From Octopus vulgaris (lineage: Eukaryota): a stretch of 64,000 nucleotides of DNA. The stretch covers positions 123,380,001-123,444,000 of the forward strand of contig OX597816.1 in the NCBI GenBank assembly GCA_951406725.2, read 5' to 3'. A program made the position numbers and the translations under genes. Of this stretch, positions 1 through 11,329 are shown one piece after another. The notes under the pieces are model-generated. The model made no database searches. It was not told the origin of the DNA and saw nothing but the letters and a program-made list of their open reading frames with translations. The first letter of the stretch is position 1. Every line of letters begins with the position of its first letter.

Positions 1-744
1 ATATCTCATTGTAATTTATGTATTTTCTGATTCAGTAATTTTAGAATGCTTGGCTTTCTTGTGTGTACAATTTATAAATGTAATGGAGGCTCTTGTTGGG
101 TTTATAGTATGGATAAGTGTAATTTCAAAACTTTAATCTAATTGAAACCTAATCTAAAAAGTTAGCCCAATTGCTGCTCTCATTGAAAGAGATTTAGTGA
201 TTGAAGTTCCTGAAGAAAATGTAATGAGTAAGAATGTTCAACTATGGCAGTTGAACATCAAAATTACCAGGTCAGAAACCTCCTTAGAGTACAAATAATA
301 GAGAATGATAAAATAATTACAAGATTGAAATAAATCCTAGGATTGACTGGACAAGATTTAGTAAACTCTTGAAGTCAGAACTACATTATGGCTGTAGTCC
401 AATGACTGAAACCTACAAAAGAATAAAAGAATAGTAAAAGTTTATCAGAATTCATTATTACAGTTTCAGAGGTAATAATTTCAGCAGAGTTGTTAAAGCT
501 TTGAAAAGAATACTTCATGGTATTCATTCTTAATTTCTACTTTCATCCTTTGTTGGGGAACATCAATAAAATACACTAACAGTCCAGAATGATGGATTGA
601 TGGCATTGATAGAGTGTCAGACAAGATGTCTTGTTTGTAGTATTGTTTTGACACTACTTTCAGAGTTCAAGTTTTGCTGGTGACTAGGTCTAAGAACTTG
701 ACCACAACAGCACACAATCATGATCATGATGATCATGATGATAA

Positions 745-1050
745 TGATGATCATCATCATCATTTAACATCCGTTTTTCCTGCCGGCATGAGTTGGATAG
801 TTTATTCAGTGTTGGCAAGCCAGAGAGCTGCACTAGGAATCTAACTGATTTGGTCTGGTTTCCATGGCTGGATGCCCTTCCTAATGCCAACCACTTTACA
901 GAGTGTGCTGAGTGTTTTTAACATGACACCATGCAAGCAATGCATGTGACACCAGCACAAATGCATTTTATGTGGAACCAGCACAAGCGCATTTTATGTG
1001 GCACCAGCATGAGTGCATTTTATGTGGCACCAGCACTGAACTCTTGCAGG
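745..1050 (-). mobile_element. RTE-3'-end-related SINE/LINE tail repeat
   Basis: (CAT)n tail, then tttaacatccgtttttcc...ggctggatgcccttcctaatgccaaccac. Same family as the 3' end of the RTE fragment at 45450-46645, with further copies at about 19870-20115, 21690-21965 and 27695-28190. Confidence 0.7.
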
Positions 1051-1483
1051 CCAATCCTCTTCACCAAGTAGATGTGGCCTTCCAACCTGTAATTGGTCTG
1101 CAAGGATAGGTAGGTCTACATCCAGCATGAAAATAGTCAGCAATGACTTTCTGCACAAAAAATACCTACAAGTAGATTGTTAATGGATGTGTGGAGTAGA
1201 AACTACAATAACTTCATATAGGAAAATACTTGCTGCTCAAGTAAACATCTGACTTATTGAAATTATTCTTTAATTTTTACTTTCTTTTTCTAAGTCATTA
1301 TTTTCTCAAATGTTACCATCTCTAAATGGCAAACTCTATTAGAATCTCTAAATGGTGAACTCTTTGAGTGCTTTAATGGCATTTTAACTGAATTCTTTCT
1401 GATGGTTATGTTTACTGCCTTTTGCTGCAACAATTATTTTTTTCTGGTTGCTACTCCTGCTGTTATTGCTGTTGCTGCTGCTG

Positions 1484-1516
<33 letters not shown>

Positions 1517-2336
1517 AGACAACGAAGTATATAGTGTATTCCATAAATATTGGGAACAGGTGAATAATTTGTGATCATGCTGTGTTTAAGCTATTAGTAG
1601 ATTTGACCAATTCTCCTTTTCTTGAGAGAAGAACTTAATGGTCCCTAGTCTAGACTTAATACAGTATCTGTAATAAGAACTGTCTACTAATAAAACATTC
1701 GTTATTATATGTACCATTAGATCCTGGGGTTAAACCATCATTTATTCACAGTGAAAATTAATATGTATTTACTAAATATACGTGGTTGTTACTCTCTTTA
1801 AAAGTTTAATCTCAAATACTCTGTGTTGGTGTGAAAATTAATCTAATGTATGTATGTATTTATATATGTATGTTTATACAGGTGTTACTCTCTCTCTGTT
1901 TGTGTTTGTGTATGTATTACTCTTTTACTTGTTTCAGTCATTTGACTGTGGCCATGCAGGAGCACTGCCTTTAGTCAAGCAAATCGACCCCAAAATGAAG
2001 TGCATAGTCTATTAAAAGTAAATTGTTTAGTGACATAATTATACAATACAAAAGATTTATCATATGCAGGAAAGAAATTAAACATAAAGATGTATATGGA
2101 AACTGAGATAAAATATGCATTAAAAAATAATGCAAAAATAAATAAATTTTATTTTAAATTCAGATGATAAAAGAAAATAACTGATTCTAAGTGATGCAGT
2201 ATAAATACAAACTCTGAATAGAAATAAACATAAGGATAAGAAAACAATCACAAACTAAAAATTATGTTAATAAAATTTTTTAAACAATTTCCACATAGAA
2301 TTAATTAGTAGAAATAAATGGAAGGGACAAAGAGAG

Positions 2337-2395
<59 letters not shown>

Positions 2396-2635
2396 CAAGA
2401 GACTAGATCACAAATTAAGACAAATAATTATATTCATAATTTGTGTGGTATGTGTGTATGTGTGTTTTGAAGCAATTAGCTTAATTATTAATAATTTGTG
2501 TAGAGCAATTGTTAAGTTTATATTCACATGGAAAGTAAATTTTTATCAGAGAAAAATATATTTTCCAAGCAATTATTATAGAAAAAAAGGTGAGATCACA
2601 ATGTTGCATTCAATATATATTGAATGCAATGTATT

Positions 2636-2840
2636 AAGGTCGCGAGCTGGCAGAAAGATTAGCAAGCTTAGCAGTATTTCGTCTGTCTTTACGTTCCAAG
2701 TTCAAATTCCACCGAGGTTGACTATGCTTTTCATCCTTTCAGGGTCGATAAATTAAGTACCAGTTGCATACTGGGGTCGATCTAATCGACAGCCCCCTTC
2801 CCTCAAAATTTCGGGCCTTGTGCCTAGAGTACAAAAGAAT
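2636..2840 (+). mobile_element. SINE (family with gcctttcatcctttcggggtcgataaa core)
   Basis: gagctggcagaa...gttcaaattcc (B-box-like)...ctttcatcctttcagggtcgataaattaagtaccagt. Recurs at about 6162, 27155, 47224 and repeatedly in 57873-59690. Confidence 0.75.
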
Positions 2841-3338
2841 ATATATTTCTCCTAATTTTGAATGCAGTATATATTACATCTGATATGAGGACATTTATCA
2901 TTATTTTTACATTTATTTTCTCCAAGTTGGTAAGAGGCTGCACAAATATTTTGAGGCAGTATTCTATGACTGGATGTCCTTTCTGCAGCTAATCTTTACT
3001 TGTTTTTTTTTTTAATTAAGGACATTATACAAGGGTGGGTGGAAAGTCATGCACAAAATAAGTTCAATACACTATAGAATTGCTAAAGACCTACTCTAAT
3101 TTCCACATGTGTTCTTTCTGTCCTACCCTTGATTAATATATATATATATATTTAAATAGGTGAATGAATTATCCTATGTTTATCGTCAGCATGGAAAATT
3201 CATTTAACCGAAACCTGGGTAGCAAATTCACATCAGAAATATGGTTGAAGTGACCTGTCCAAGGGTAGAAACTCCGGGTTCATGTGTTGTATATGAATAA
3301 ATGAAAGAATGGAGTCGAATGAAGATGTTAACAAAATT

Positions 3339-3431
3339 CCTTTACTCTCGACATATGTTTCAAAGACAACATGGTTTCATTCCAAAGGAATAAAGGGTGC
3401 ATTATGCAATCTTCTCATCAGGAAAGAAAGG
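3339..3431 (-). ncRNA. Type I hammerhead ribozyme (left arm of palindrome)
   Basis: Reverse-complement copy of the 3580-3672 motif with the core intact. Confidence 0.75.
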
Positions 3432-3579
3432 GAGCCTCTCTCTTTAACCCTTCTCTTCCTACTATCTATCTTTGACGTCAATTCTTCTAATGGTTTTTTT
3501 AAAAAACACTCATTATCGTTTTGTTTACCATGTAGGCAGTCATCGAAATTTTTGTTTGTCTTGTTGTTGAGAGAGGCTC

Positions 3580-3672
3580 CCTTTCTTTCCTGATGAGAAG
3601 ATTGCATAATGCACCCTTTATTCCTTTTGAATGAAACCATGTTGTCTTTGAAACATATGTCGAGAGTAAAGG
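3580..3672 (+). ncRNA. Type I hammerhead ribozyme
   Basis: Stem I cctttctttc/gagag(t)aaagg; core CTGATGA 3590-3596; long stem II gaagattgcat/atgttgtcttt; GAAAC-ATAT-GTC with palindromic ACATATGT stem III; predicted cut after C3661. Confidence 0.78.
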
Positions 3673-3714
3673 AATTTTGTTAACATCTTCGTTCGATTCC
3701 ATTCTTTCATTTAT

Positions 3715-3745
<31 letters not shown>

Positions 3746-4172
3746 AATTAAATAAGGGTAGAAATTGATATTAATCAATTAAAACCAGTGGCCTAGCATA
3801 TTTTAAAAATATCTGAAGATTAAAAATTTTTATACATACAAAATTTAGAGGAAAGACCTTATTTTTACACTTTGGTTTTTTGCGGAATTTTTTCTTGAGA
3901 ACACATTCTTTGTGGTAAATGTGAGTTTGACGTCTATTTCTAGCATACAGGCTGTCCACTATTAGTGGTCATTCCTCTAAATTTTGTATATATATATATA
4001 TATGTATGTATGTATGTATGTATCTGTGTATGTATGTATATGTGTGTGTTTGTGTGTATGTGTGTGTGTATGTATAAGATGGAAAGATGGATGTGGAAAT
4101 TGAACAGAAGTTCAAGACATTTCAATTTAAGAAGGAATTTAATAAAAATGATTTTAAAATTTATATAAAGAA

Positions 4173-4212
4173 AATATTACTGGTTTCGATGAATCTCATT
4201 TTATGAAATATC
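4173..4212 (-). ncRNA. Decayed minimal hammerhead motif (same family as 54415 and 54634)
   Basis: Minus strand reads gatat-TTCATAA-aatg..catc-GAAAC-CA-GTA-atatt. The 5' core is mutated. Confidence 0.35.
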
Positions 4213-4738
4213 AGTGAAAATTTATATATTTATATATTTGTATGCATGTATGTATGTAAGTATGTATGTTTATGTGTGAGAGTGTGAATGTGTGTATATT
4301 TGTTTCCATGTCTTGACATCACATTATTCTTGTAAATGAGCATCACTATCATCTATAAAGTGTCATTCATTTCAAATATTCTACAAGAAAATGTCTGGCC
4401 AAGGGAAAATAGTATGTTGTTCAAAAACATATAACATTTGATGATAAGAAGAGAATCTAGTCAAATCTGCTTCAATGAACTCTGTCTGATCCATGCGAAC
4501 ATGGAAAAGTGTATGTTAAAATTAAGATGGTAGAATAAAGATTCACACACATTTATAACAGTTCTGTGTGTGTGTGTATGCGTGCATGCACATGCATGTG
4601 ATGTATATGTGTGTGTGTGTGTGCATGTGTGCGTGTGTGTGTGTGTATAAGAGTTAAGTTAGTGTAAATAAAAAGAACACCAAACAGAGAAATCTGTGGG
4701 AAGAGGATAAACCTGGTTAACATAACAAAAGTAACATA

Positions 4739-5140
4739 GGTGCAGGAGTGGGTGTATGGTAAGTAGCTTGCTTACGAACCACATGGTTCCGGGTTCAGTC
4801 CCACTGTGTGGCATCTTGGGCTAGTGTATTACACTATAACATCGGGCTGACCAAAGCCTTGTGAGTAGATTCGGTAGACAGAAATTGAAAGAAGCCTGTT
4901 GTATAAATGTATATATAAATGTGTGTGTGTTTGTATGTTTGTGTGTCTGTGTTTGTTCTCCCCACTCCCGACATTATTTGACAACCGATGCTGGTGTGTT
5001 TATGTCCCCATAACTTAATGGTTCGGCAAAAGAGATCGATAGAATAAGTACTAGGCTTACAAGTCCTGGGGTCGATTTGCTTGACTAAAAGGCGGTGCTC
5101 TAGCATGGCCACAATCAAATGATTGACACAAGTAAAAGAG
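4739..5140 (+). mobile_element. tRNA-derived SINE (full length)
   Basis: Head ggtgcaggagtgggtgtatggtaagtagc...ggttcagtccc (A/B-box-like), internal (TA/TG)n, tail aatgattgacacaagtaaaagagta. Many copies in the window. Confidence 0.85.
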
Positions 5141-5713
5141 TACACAAAGACTAAAAATGAAAAATTGAAAACAAAATAGAAACAATGGTACAAAAGTTTC
5201 GGTTAAAAAGCAACACAGGAATCAAAAGAAACCATTTTATCTTTGAGTAGTGTACTTAATATATAATAGTGGAAGTAACAGCTGAAGGTCACTACAGCAA
5301 TATGCTACATCCCATAACAAATAAAAATTTGACTGAGCAAGCCATTGGTTTGCAACTCAGAGCTTGGTCATTAACCCTGTAATGCTTCTGACTACTTAAC
5401 ACAAATTGCTTGCATAATCCAGGTTCCTGGAACTCTTGATGTCAATCTTTGGCTTTGTTGTAGGTATGGTTCTTCATGCAATATATATGTGAATAATTAC
5501 TTCTCCAAAAGAAATTATATACACATTTCTATAAAATATATATGTGCATATATATATCTCTATCTATTTATCTATCTGTCTATTTTCTCTCTCTCCCTTC
5601 ATAAATATATATAAATATATGTGCCTTTATATATATACATACATATATATGTGTGTGTGTGTGTGTGTATGTTTTATTATGTGTGTCTGTGAATATGTAT
5701 ATGTGTATGTGTG

Positions 5714-5744
<31 letters not shown>

Positions 5745-5892
5745 GTAGCAAGTGTATGCATGTGTGTGTGTGATACAAATGTCTTGGTGTTAAAGATATC
5801 ACATATGCTTCAAACACAAACATGAATGAATGAATGTTTGTTGCATGAAAATAAATGACACGAGAACAAAAAATTATGTAATGAACTTCATC

Positions 5893-5980
5893 AGCTAACG
5901 GCTGTTACCTGTTTCTGCTATAAAATACAATGCACTCATAAGTGACAGGTTGACTTTCATCTTATAGCTTCATTGGAGTT
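5893..5980 (-). ncRNA. Decayed hammerhead motif
   Basis: Minus strand reads aact-CCAATGA-a-gctataa...ttatagc-a-GAAAC...GTT-agct. Stem II is clear, the core shows CpG-type decay and stem III has a small duplication. Confidence 0.4.
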
Positions 5981-6016
5981 TCAAAAATGAAGTGCAATTT
6001 TATTTGGGAAGGCATT

Positions 6017-6047
<31 letters not shown>

Positions 6048-6394
6048 GTGTGTGTGTGTGCGTATGCATATATATATGTGTGTATATATGTTTGTATGTT
6101 AAGAGAGAGAGAGAGAGAAAAAATCACTGTCGCAAAAGTCTTACTTTGTATATATATATATTTCATCCTTTCAGGTTCGATTAGATAAGTACCAGTTACG
6201 CACAGGGGTTGATGTAATCGACTTAATCTTTTTGTCTGCCCTTGTTTGTTCCTTCTATGTTTAGCCCCTTGTGAGCAATAAAGAATTTATATATATATAT
6301 ATATACAGTGTACATTAAAACAGTGTACATTAAGAGGCTTCCATCATAAGAATCCTTCACACTAGAAAGAACAGTTAAAGTTATACTCTTTACT

Positions 6395-6795
6395 CTTACT
6401 CTTTTACTCTTTTACTTGTTTCAGTCATTTGACTGCGGCCATGCTGGAGCACCACCTTTAATCAAGCAACTCGACCCCAGGACTTATTCTTTTTGTAAGC
6501 CCAGTACTTATTCTATCGGTCTCTTTTGCCGAACTGCTAAGTAACAGGGACATAAACACACCAGCATCGGTTGTCAAACAATGCTAGGAGGACAAACACA
6601 AACACACACACACATATATATATATACATACATACGACGGGCTTCTTTCAGTTTCCGTCTACCAAATCCACTCACAAGGCATTGGTCGGCCCGAGGCTAT
6701 AGTAGAAGACACTTACCCAAGGTGCCACGCAGTGGGATTGAACCCGGAACCATGTGGTTGGTAGACAAGCTACTTACCACACAGCCACTCCTGCA
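6395..6795 (-). mobile_element. tRNA-derived SINE
   Basis: Reverse complement of the 4739-5140 family, with a (tactctt)n tail at 6385-6415. Confidence 0.85.
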
Positions 6796-6819
6796 CCATA
6801 TATATACTCTTTCTTTTTC

Positions 6820-7230
6820 TTTTTACTCTTTTTACTTGTTTCAGTCATTTGACTGCGGCCATGCTGGAGCACCGCCTTTAGTCGAGCAAATCGACCCCGG
6901 GACTTATTCTTTGTAAGCCCAGTACTTATTCTATCGGTCTCTTTTGCCGAATCGCTAAGTTACGGGGACGTAAACACACCAGCATCGGTTGTCAAGCAAT
7001 GCTAGGGGAACAAACACAGACACACAAACATATTCACACACACTTATATATATATATACATATATACGACAGGCTTCTTTCAGTTTCCGTCTACCAAATC
7101 CACTCACAAGAAATTGGTCGGCCCGGGGCTATAGCAGAAGACACTTGCCCAAGATGTCACGCAGTGGGACTGAACCCGGAACCATGTGGTTGGGTAGCAA
7201 GCTACTTACCAAACAGCCACTCCTGCGCCT
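6820..7230 (-). mobile_element. tRNA-derived SINE (tandem second copy)
   Basis: Same family and orientation as 6395-6795; head reads cagccactcctgcgcc on +. Confidence 0.85.
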
Positions 7231-7464
7231 ATATATATATATATTAAAATAACAGTATCTTAGAAATACCACCATGCTAGAGATAACAGTAAAAACTTGA
7301 GTCTAAAATCACTTCAGTGTATTTAAAGTCAAGTTTTGACTGCTATCTCTAGCATGGTAGTATCTCTTAGATACCCCTAATTATAATTTTAATAATAATA
7401 CCTATAAGGTTTTTATTCCCATGCTGGTCACTTGATATGATTGGCATTTTAAATAACGGTTTAT

Positions 7465-7539
<75 letters not shown>

Positions 7540-7593
7540 TTAGTGAAGGGAAGAAATGGAGCTGAACGAAGATTCTACAAAATTCCTTTTATT

Positions 7594-7679
7594 ATTTTCT
7601 ACACATGTTTCAAAGGCTGCAAATTTCCAAATTCGGATTGAATAAGGAGACCATTTTGCAGCTTTCTCTTCAGGAAAAT
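7594..7679 (-). ncRNA. Type I hammerhead ribozyme
   Basis: Minus strand reads attttc-CTGAAGA-gaaagctgcaaa...tttgcagccttt-GAAAC-ATGT-GTA-gaaaat, with a perfect 6-bp stem I. The 3' tail (aaaggaattttgt..atcttcgttc..ccatt, then (TA)n) is homologous to that of the 3580 motif. Confidence 0.78.
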
Positions 7680-7810
7680 CCAGGAATTTAAATCTCCAAA
7701 ACAAATGCGCAGCAAGCTATTCGAACAAAACGCTCCCTAGGAGCCCATGGTATGGCACAAATTTTGAATAATCCGTAACAAGATAATTCATTTATCCATT
7801 TCAATAAACA

Positions 7811-7863
<53 letters not shown>

Positions 7864-7931
7864 GAATATATGTATATACACTTACATATATATATATACA
7901 TATATGTATATACACTTACATATACATATGC

Positions 7932-7967
<36 letters not shown>

Positions 7968-7975
<8 letters not shown>

Positions 7976-8265
7976 ATCACATGACCGACCAGGCTATCAG
8001 ATGTTGCTACACATCGCTGGTCACCATGCGCTTTGCATTGTTTTAGCCTTCAAATGATGCCACCCCGTTGGTTAACAGAAGAAAGAGTGAGAGAAAGTTG
8101 CAGCAAAAGAGTACAGCAGGAATCGCCACCAACCCCTGCTGGAGCCTCGTGGAGCTTTAGGTGTTTTTGCTCAATAAACTCTCACAACACCCGGTCTGGG
8201 AATCGAAACCACGATCCTACGCCCGCTAGTCTACTGCCCTAACCACTGGGCCATTGCACCTCCAC
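7968..8265 (-). mobile_element. tRNA-derived SINE (second head type)
   Basis: Minus-strand head tggaggtgcaatggcccagtggttagggcag...ggtttcgattccc; related to 25234 and 36091. Confidence 0.75.
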
Positions 8266-9773
8266 ACACATATATATATATATATATATATTAACCAACT
8301 AAGGAAAAACTTCCTTCAGAGAGGTGTGTGAAGCATCCAGTTCACTTGTACGTCAGTTGAATACCAAATAAATATGGGTATAATGCAAATTACAACGATA
8401 AAATTAAATAGAGAGATACAATTGATAATCCAATAATTTATTTATAACAAAATATACTATGGATATAATATAGCATAACATAAGATATGCATTTTTTGAT
8501 ATATAAACGATTTCCTTGTATATAAGTCTCTACATGGGCAGAGTTTAAAGAAAGACAACATTCCATGTGAAAGGATGGCTAGATTGTAAAACATTAATTC
8601 AAATGCCTATGTATTATGAGCATGAGTGTTAACTATTCAATTACATATCAATTACAATTAAAAAATGACAAAAAAATTATAATGGACAAAATAATTAAGT
8701 GGAATCTACAACTATCGAAATATATTTCTATATATCTAAAAAGACATCTTGCAAAGAACTTGCGCATGCAAGTGCTACCAGTCAAAAACTCCACATACCA
8801 GAAGCCAGTAAGTGTATGGGGTCATTAGGTGAGAATGGGCACCGTTTTGGGGCCTACCTCTTGACAGCATCAATGCACACCAGCTCCCCTCACTGATATT
8901 AGGCCCACTTTCTAGATCAACTGATTATCAAATAAAGCTCAATATTCTTCTAGCCATCACTCATCGTCTCTTTTTAACCAAATCCAGTGGCTAGCCTTCT
9001 CCACTGTAGTTTGGATATCGGTCATGGTGGTACTGACTTTATGATGAGTAAGGCCTAACGATAACAACAGTGTCTCACACTGTGTCCAACAAACCCTCTA
9101 CATCCAACTTCGATTGGAAAATACTCCGCTTTCCAGCTTGCATCTTCACATTCTTTGAGGCTAAACATTCCCTATGAACGGGTTTGGTACATGGAAACTG
9201 CATGGAAACATACATAGTTTCAAACACACACACAAAACCACGTGCACACACACACACACACACAGAGACACACACACACAGAGACACACACACGTTTATC
9301 AAGTAAACACATATATTAATCCAAACTTGTTTATGTCTAAGAGAATCTTTCGCTATTGTGATATACAACAATAATATATATGTGTATATAATTAAGTATT
9401 AGGATCTTGCTTTATCTAGAACTGAAATGTGTAAAGAAAATATAGAACTGAAATGTGTAAAGAAAATATAAATGATAATTATATCTTAAATATACAATAA
9501 GTCTATTTATTTAAAGCCATTGATATAAAAGTATTTTGGTTAAAGTGACTAATAAGAATGTTCTATAATTATTGTTTATAATAATTTATATTGTTTACAG
9601 AAGGAATAATTCCATAATAAGTATGAATAGAAATCTAATAAAAAAAATTTCTTTGTTTACTTAATTTATTGCAGGGAGAATTCCATAATAAATATGAAAG
9701 TAGACATATGGCTGTAAACACTATAACCTAAATACCCTATAGATACAGATTCATCTTCGACAACAGTATCCAT

Positions 9774-9814
<41 letters not shown>

Positions 9815-10289
9815 CGGGAAGCTTTATGAAAATAAACAAAAGACGAAGGCAGGTGGAAAACAAACGAACAATTGTATTAGTATGGCGCTCAGGAAATATA
9901 TAAAACAAGTCTTTATAGCCTATATACACAGAGAGAGAAAAACACAGAAAGAGGAGAGAAAAAAATATATATAACGAATCAACATGGCGATCTGATTTCG
10001 GCCAGAGGTCAAAGATCAAACACGAGATATTCTTTCAGCAGAAACAATTAAGATTCAAGTGAATTCCAATGAATTCAAATGAATATGGTACTTAACTTAG
10101 ATGCACCAGAATTGTTTATGGTATTAACCATAAAATAATGTGGGGTGATTATAACCAAGAAAAAACTGTGCATCATTAGAAAGCAATTTGAGTCTGCTTA
10201 TAATTTGACTTTAAATTTCATAGAACTCATTCCTAATACTTCATGAGGATAGACACACTCTCTAGGATGTCTGGAAAACATATATGTGA

Positions 10290-10378
10290 TTTAGCTGATG
10301 AATACTGGACATTTGTATTTGCTGCAATACTTGCAGCTTTAAATAAAATTGTCCTTGGTATGAAACAATTGTACTAAA
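10290..10378 (+). ncRNA. Type I hammerhead ribozyme with extended stem II
   Basis: tttag-CTGATGA-atactggaca...gctgcaa/ttgcagc...tgtccttggtat-GAAAC-AATT-GTA-ctaaa. Perfect stem I, palindromic ACAATTGT stem III, intact core; about 35 nt before a (TA)n/(AAT)n tract. Confidence 0.82.
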
Positions 10379-10410
10379 CTACTAATCCATTCTTGTTGCT
10401 TTTTTCTTGG

Positions 10411-10472
<62 letters not shown>

Positions 10473-10522
10473 TGTAACAACAAAAGAATGAGACCTCAAT
10501 ATTAGAGAAATAGAGGATTATT

Positions 10523-10681
10523 TATATATGTTATAAATTAGAATAAAAGGTAAAAGGTTTTCATTATATGTTGCCATTAATATCCACTGAGAATGTATCA
10601 TAGCTCTTTGCTCTGGCATTCGAAACTCTGAGTACTATAATGACAACCTTTTATTGTTTGTTCTAATTTATAACATATATA
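10523..10681. repeat. Short fold-back element with decayed + strand hammerhead (10575-10642)
   Basis: Arms 10523-10568 and 10636-10681 are inverted copies. Between them lies gaatg...cattc-GAAAC-TCTGA-GTA-ctataatg. Homologous to 44721-44822. Confidence 0.65.
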
Positions 10682-11266
10682 TATATTTGTGATATATATT
10701 TGGTGAGAGATTATCCATTGGCTGATAGCTTGATCTCTGACAGAATACTACTCAAAAAATCATTGTTGCTGTGAACTGGGAGAGATCTGGATTCTACACT
10801 TGTAATTCCTTTTGGTAGGGAGCCAAAAGGATTGGGTGTTGTTTGAAAGGCAAGACAACTTGAAGGTTGTATGACGCATGACATTATCTTTTGTGGTTTG
10901 GATACTGGTCTTGTAAATGCTATATTGTTAGGTAAATGCTACACAGTTTTAGGAGTGGGTGAGTTTTCCCTGACATTGTAGACCAAACATGGGCCACAAG
11001 AAACAACACATCATTGGAAAAAATGCACTACTAAGAAAATTCAAGGTAATTTTTCTTTGGCATGTCCTTCAGAAAGTCCCATGAGATGCAGTTTACTCAT
11101 GACTGTCGTAGACCTTGCTTTTTACTTGAACAGCTTAAACGCAAATATGAGTGAACCACTTGTGGGACATGAGGCAATGAATTTTTATTGTGTGGAATGT
11201 GAAAGGACTTGCTAAAAAGCATGGTTTTACTCACTCACCTAGCTGTTTCCAAATGGCCAGAAGCCA

Positions 11267-11329
<63 letters not shown>

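Larger units (their letters stand above)
3296..3715. repeat. Near-perfect inverted repeat (147-bp arms, 126-bp spacer), each arm carrying a hammerhead ribozyme
   Basis: 3296-3442 is the reverse complement of 3569-3715 with 3 mismatches. The ORF track shows the same N-terminal peptide on both strands. The right arm runs into (TA)n. Confidence 0.95.

Noticed and set aside
1445-1520. Poly-Ser ORF 1384-1578
   Set aside because: (CTG)n/(CTA)n trinucleotide repeat with no splice or homology support.
3150-3290. Two hammerhead-like 3' halves (GAAAC-CTGG-GTA and GAAAC-TCCGG-GTT)
   Set aside because: No convincing CUGANGA core or stem I, so too decayed to call.
3309-3702. Two ORFs on opposite strands with the same N-terminal ~45 aa
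   Set aside because: A consequence of the DNA palindrome; no protein motif.
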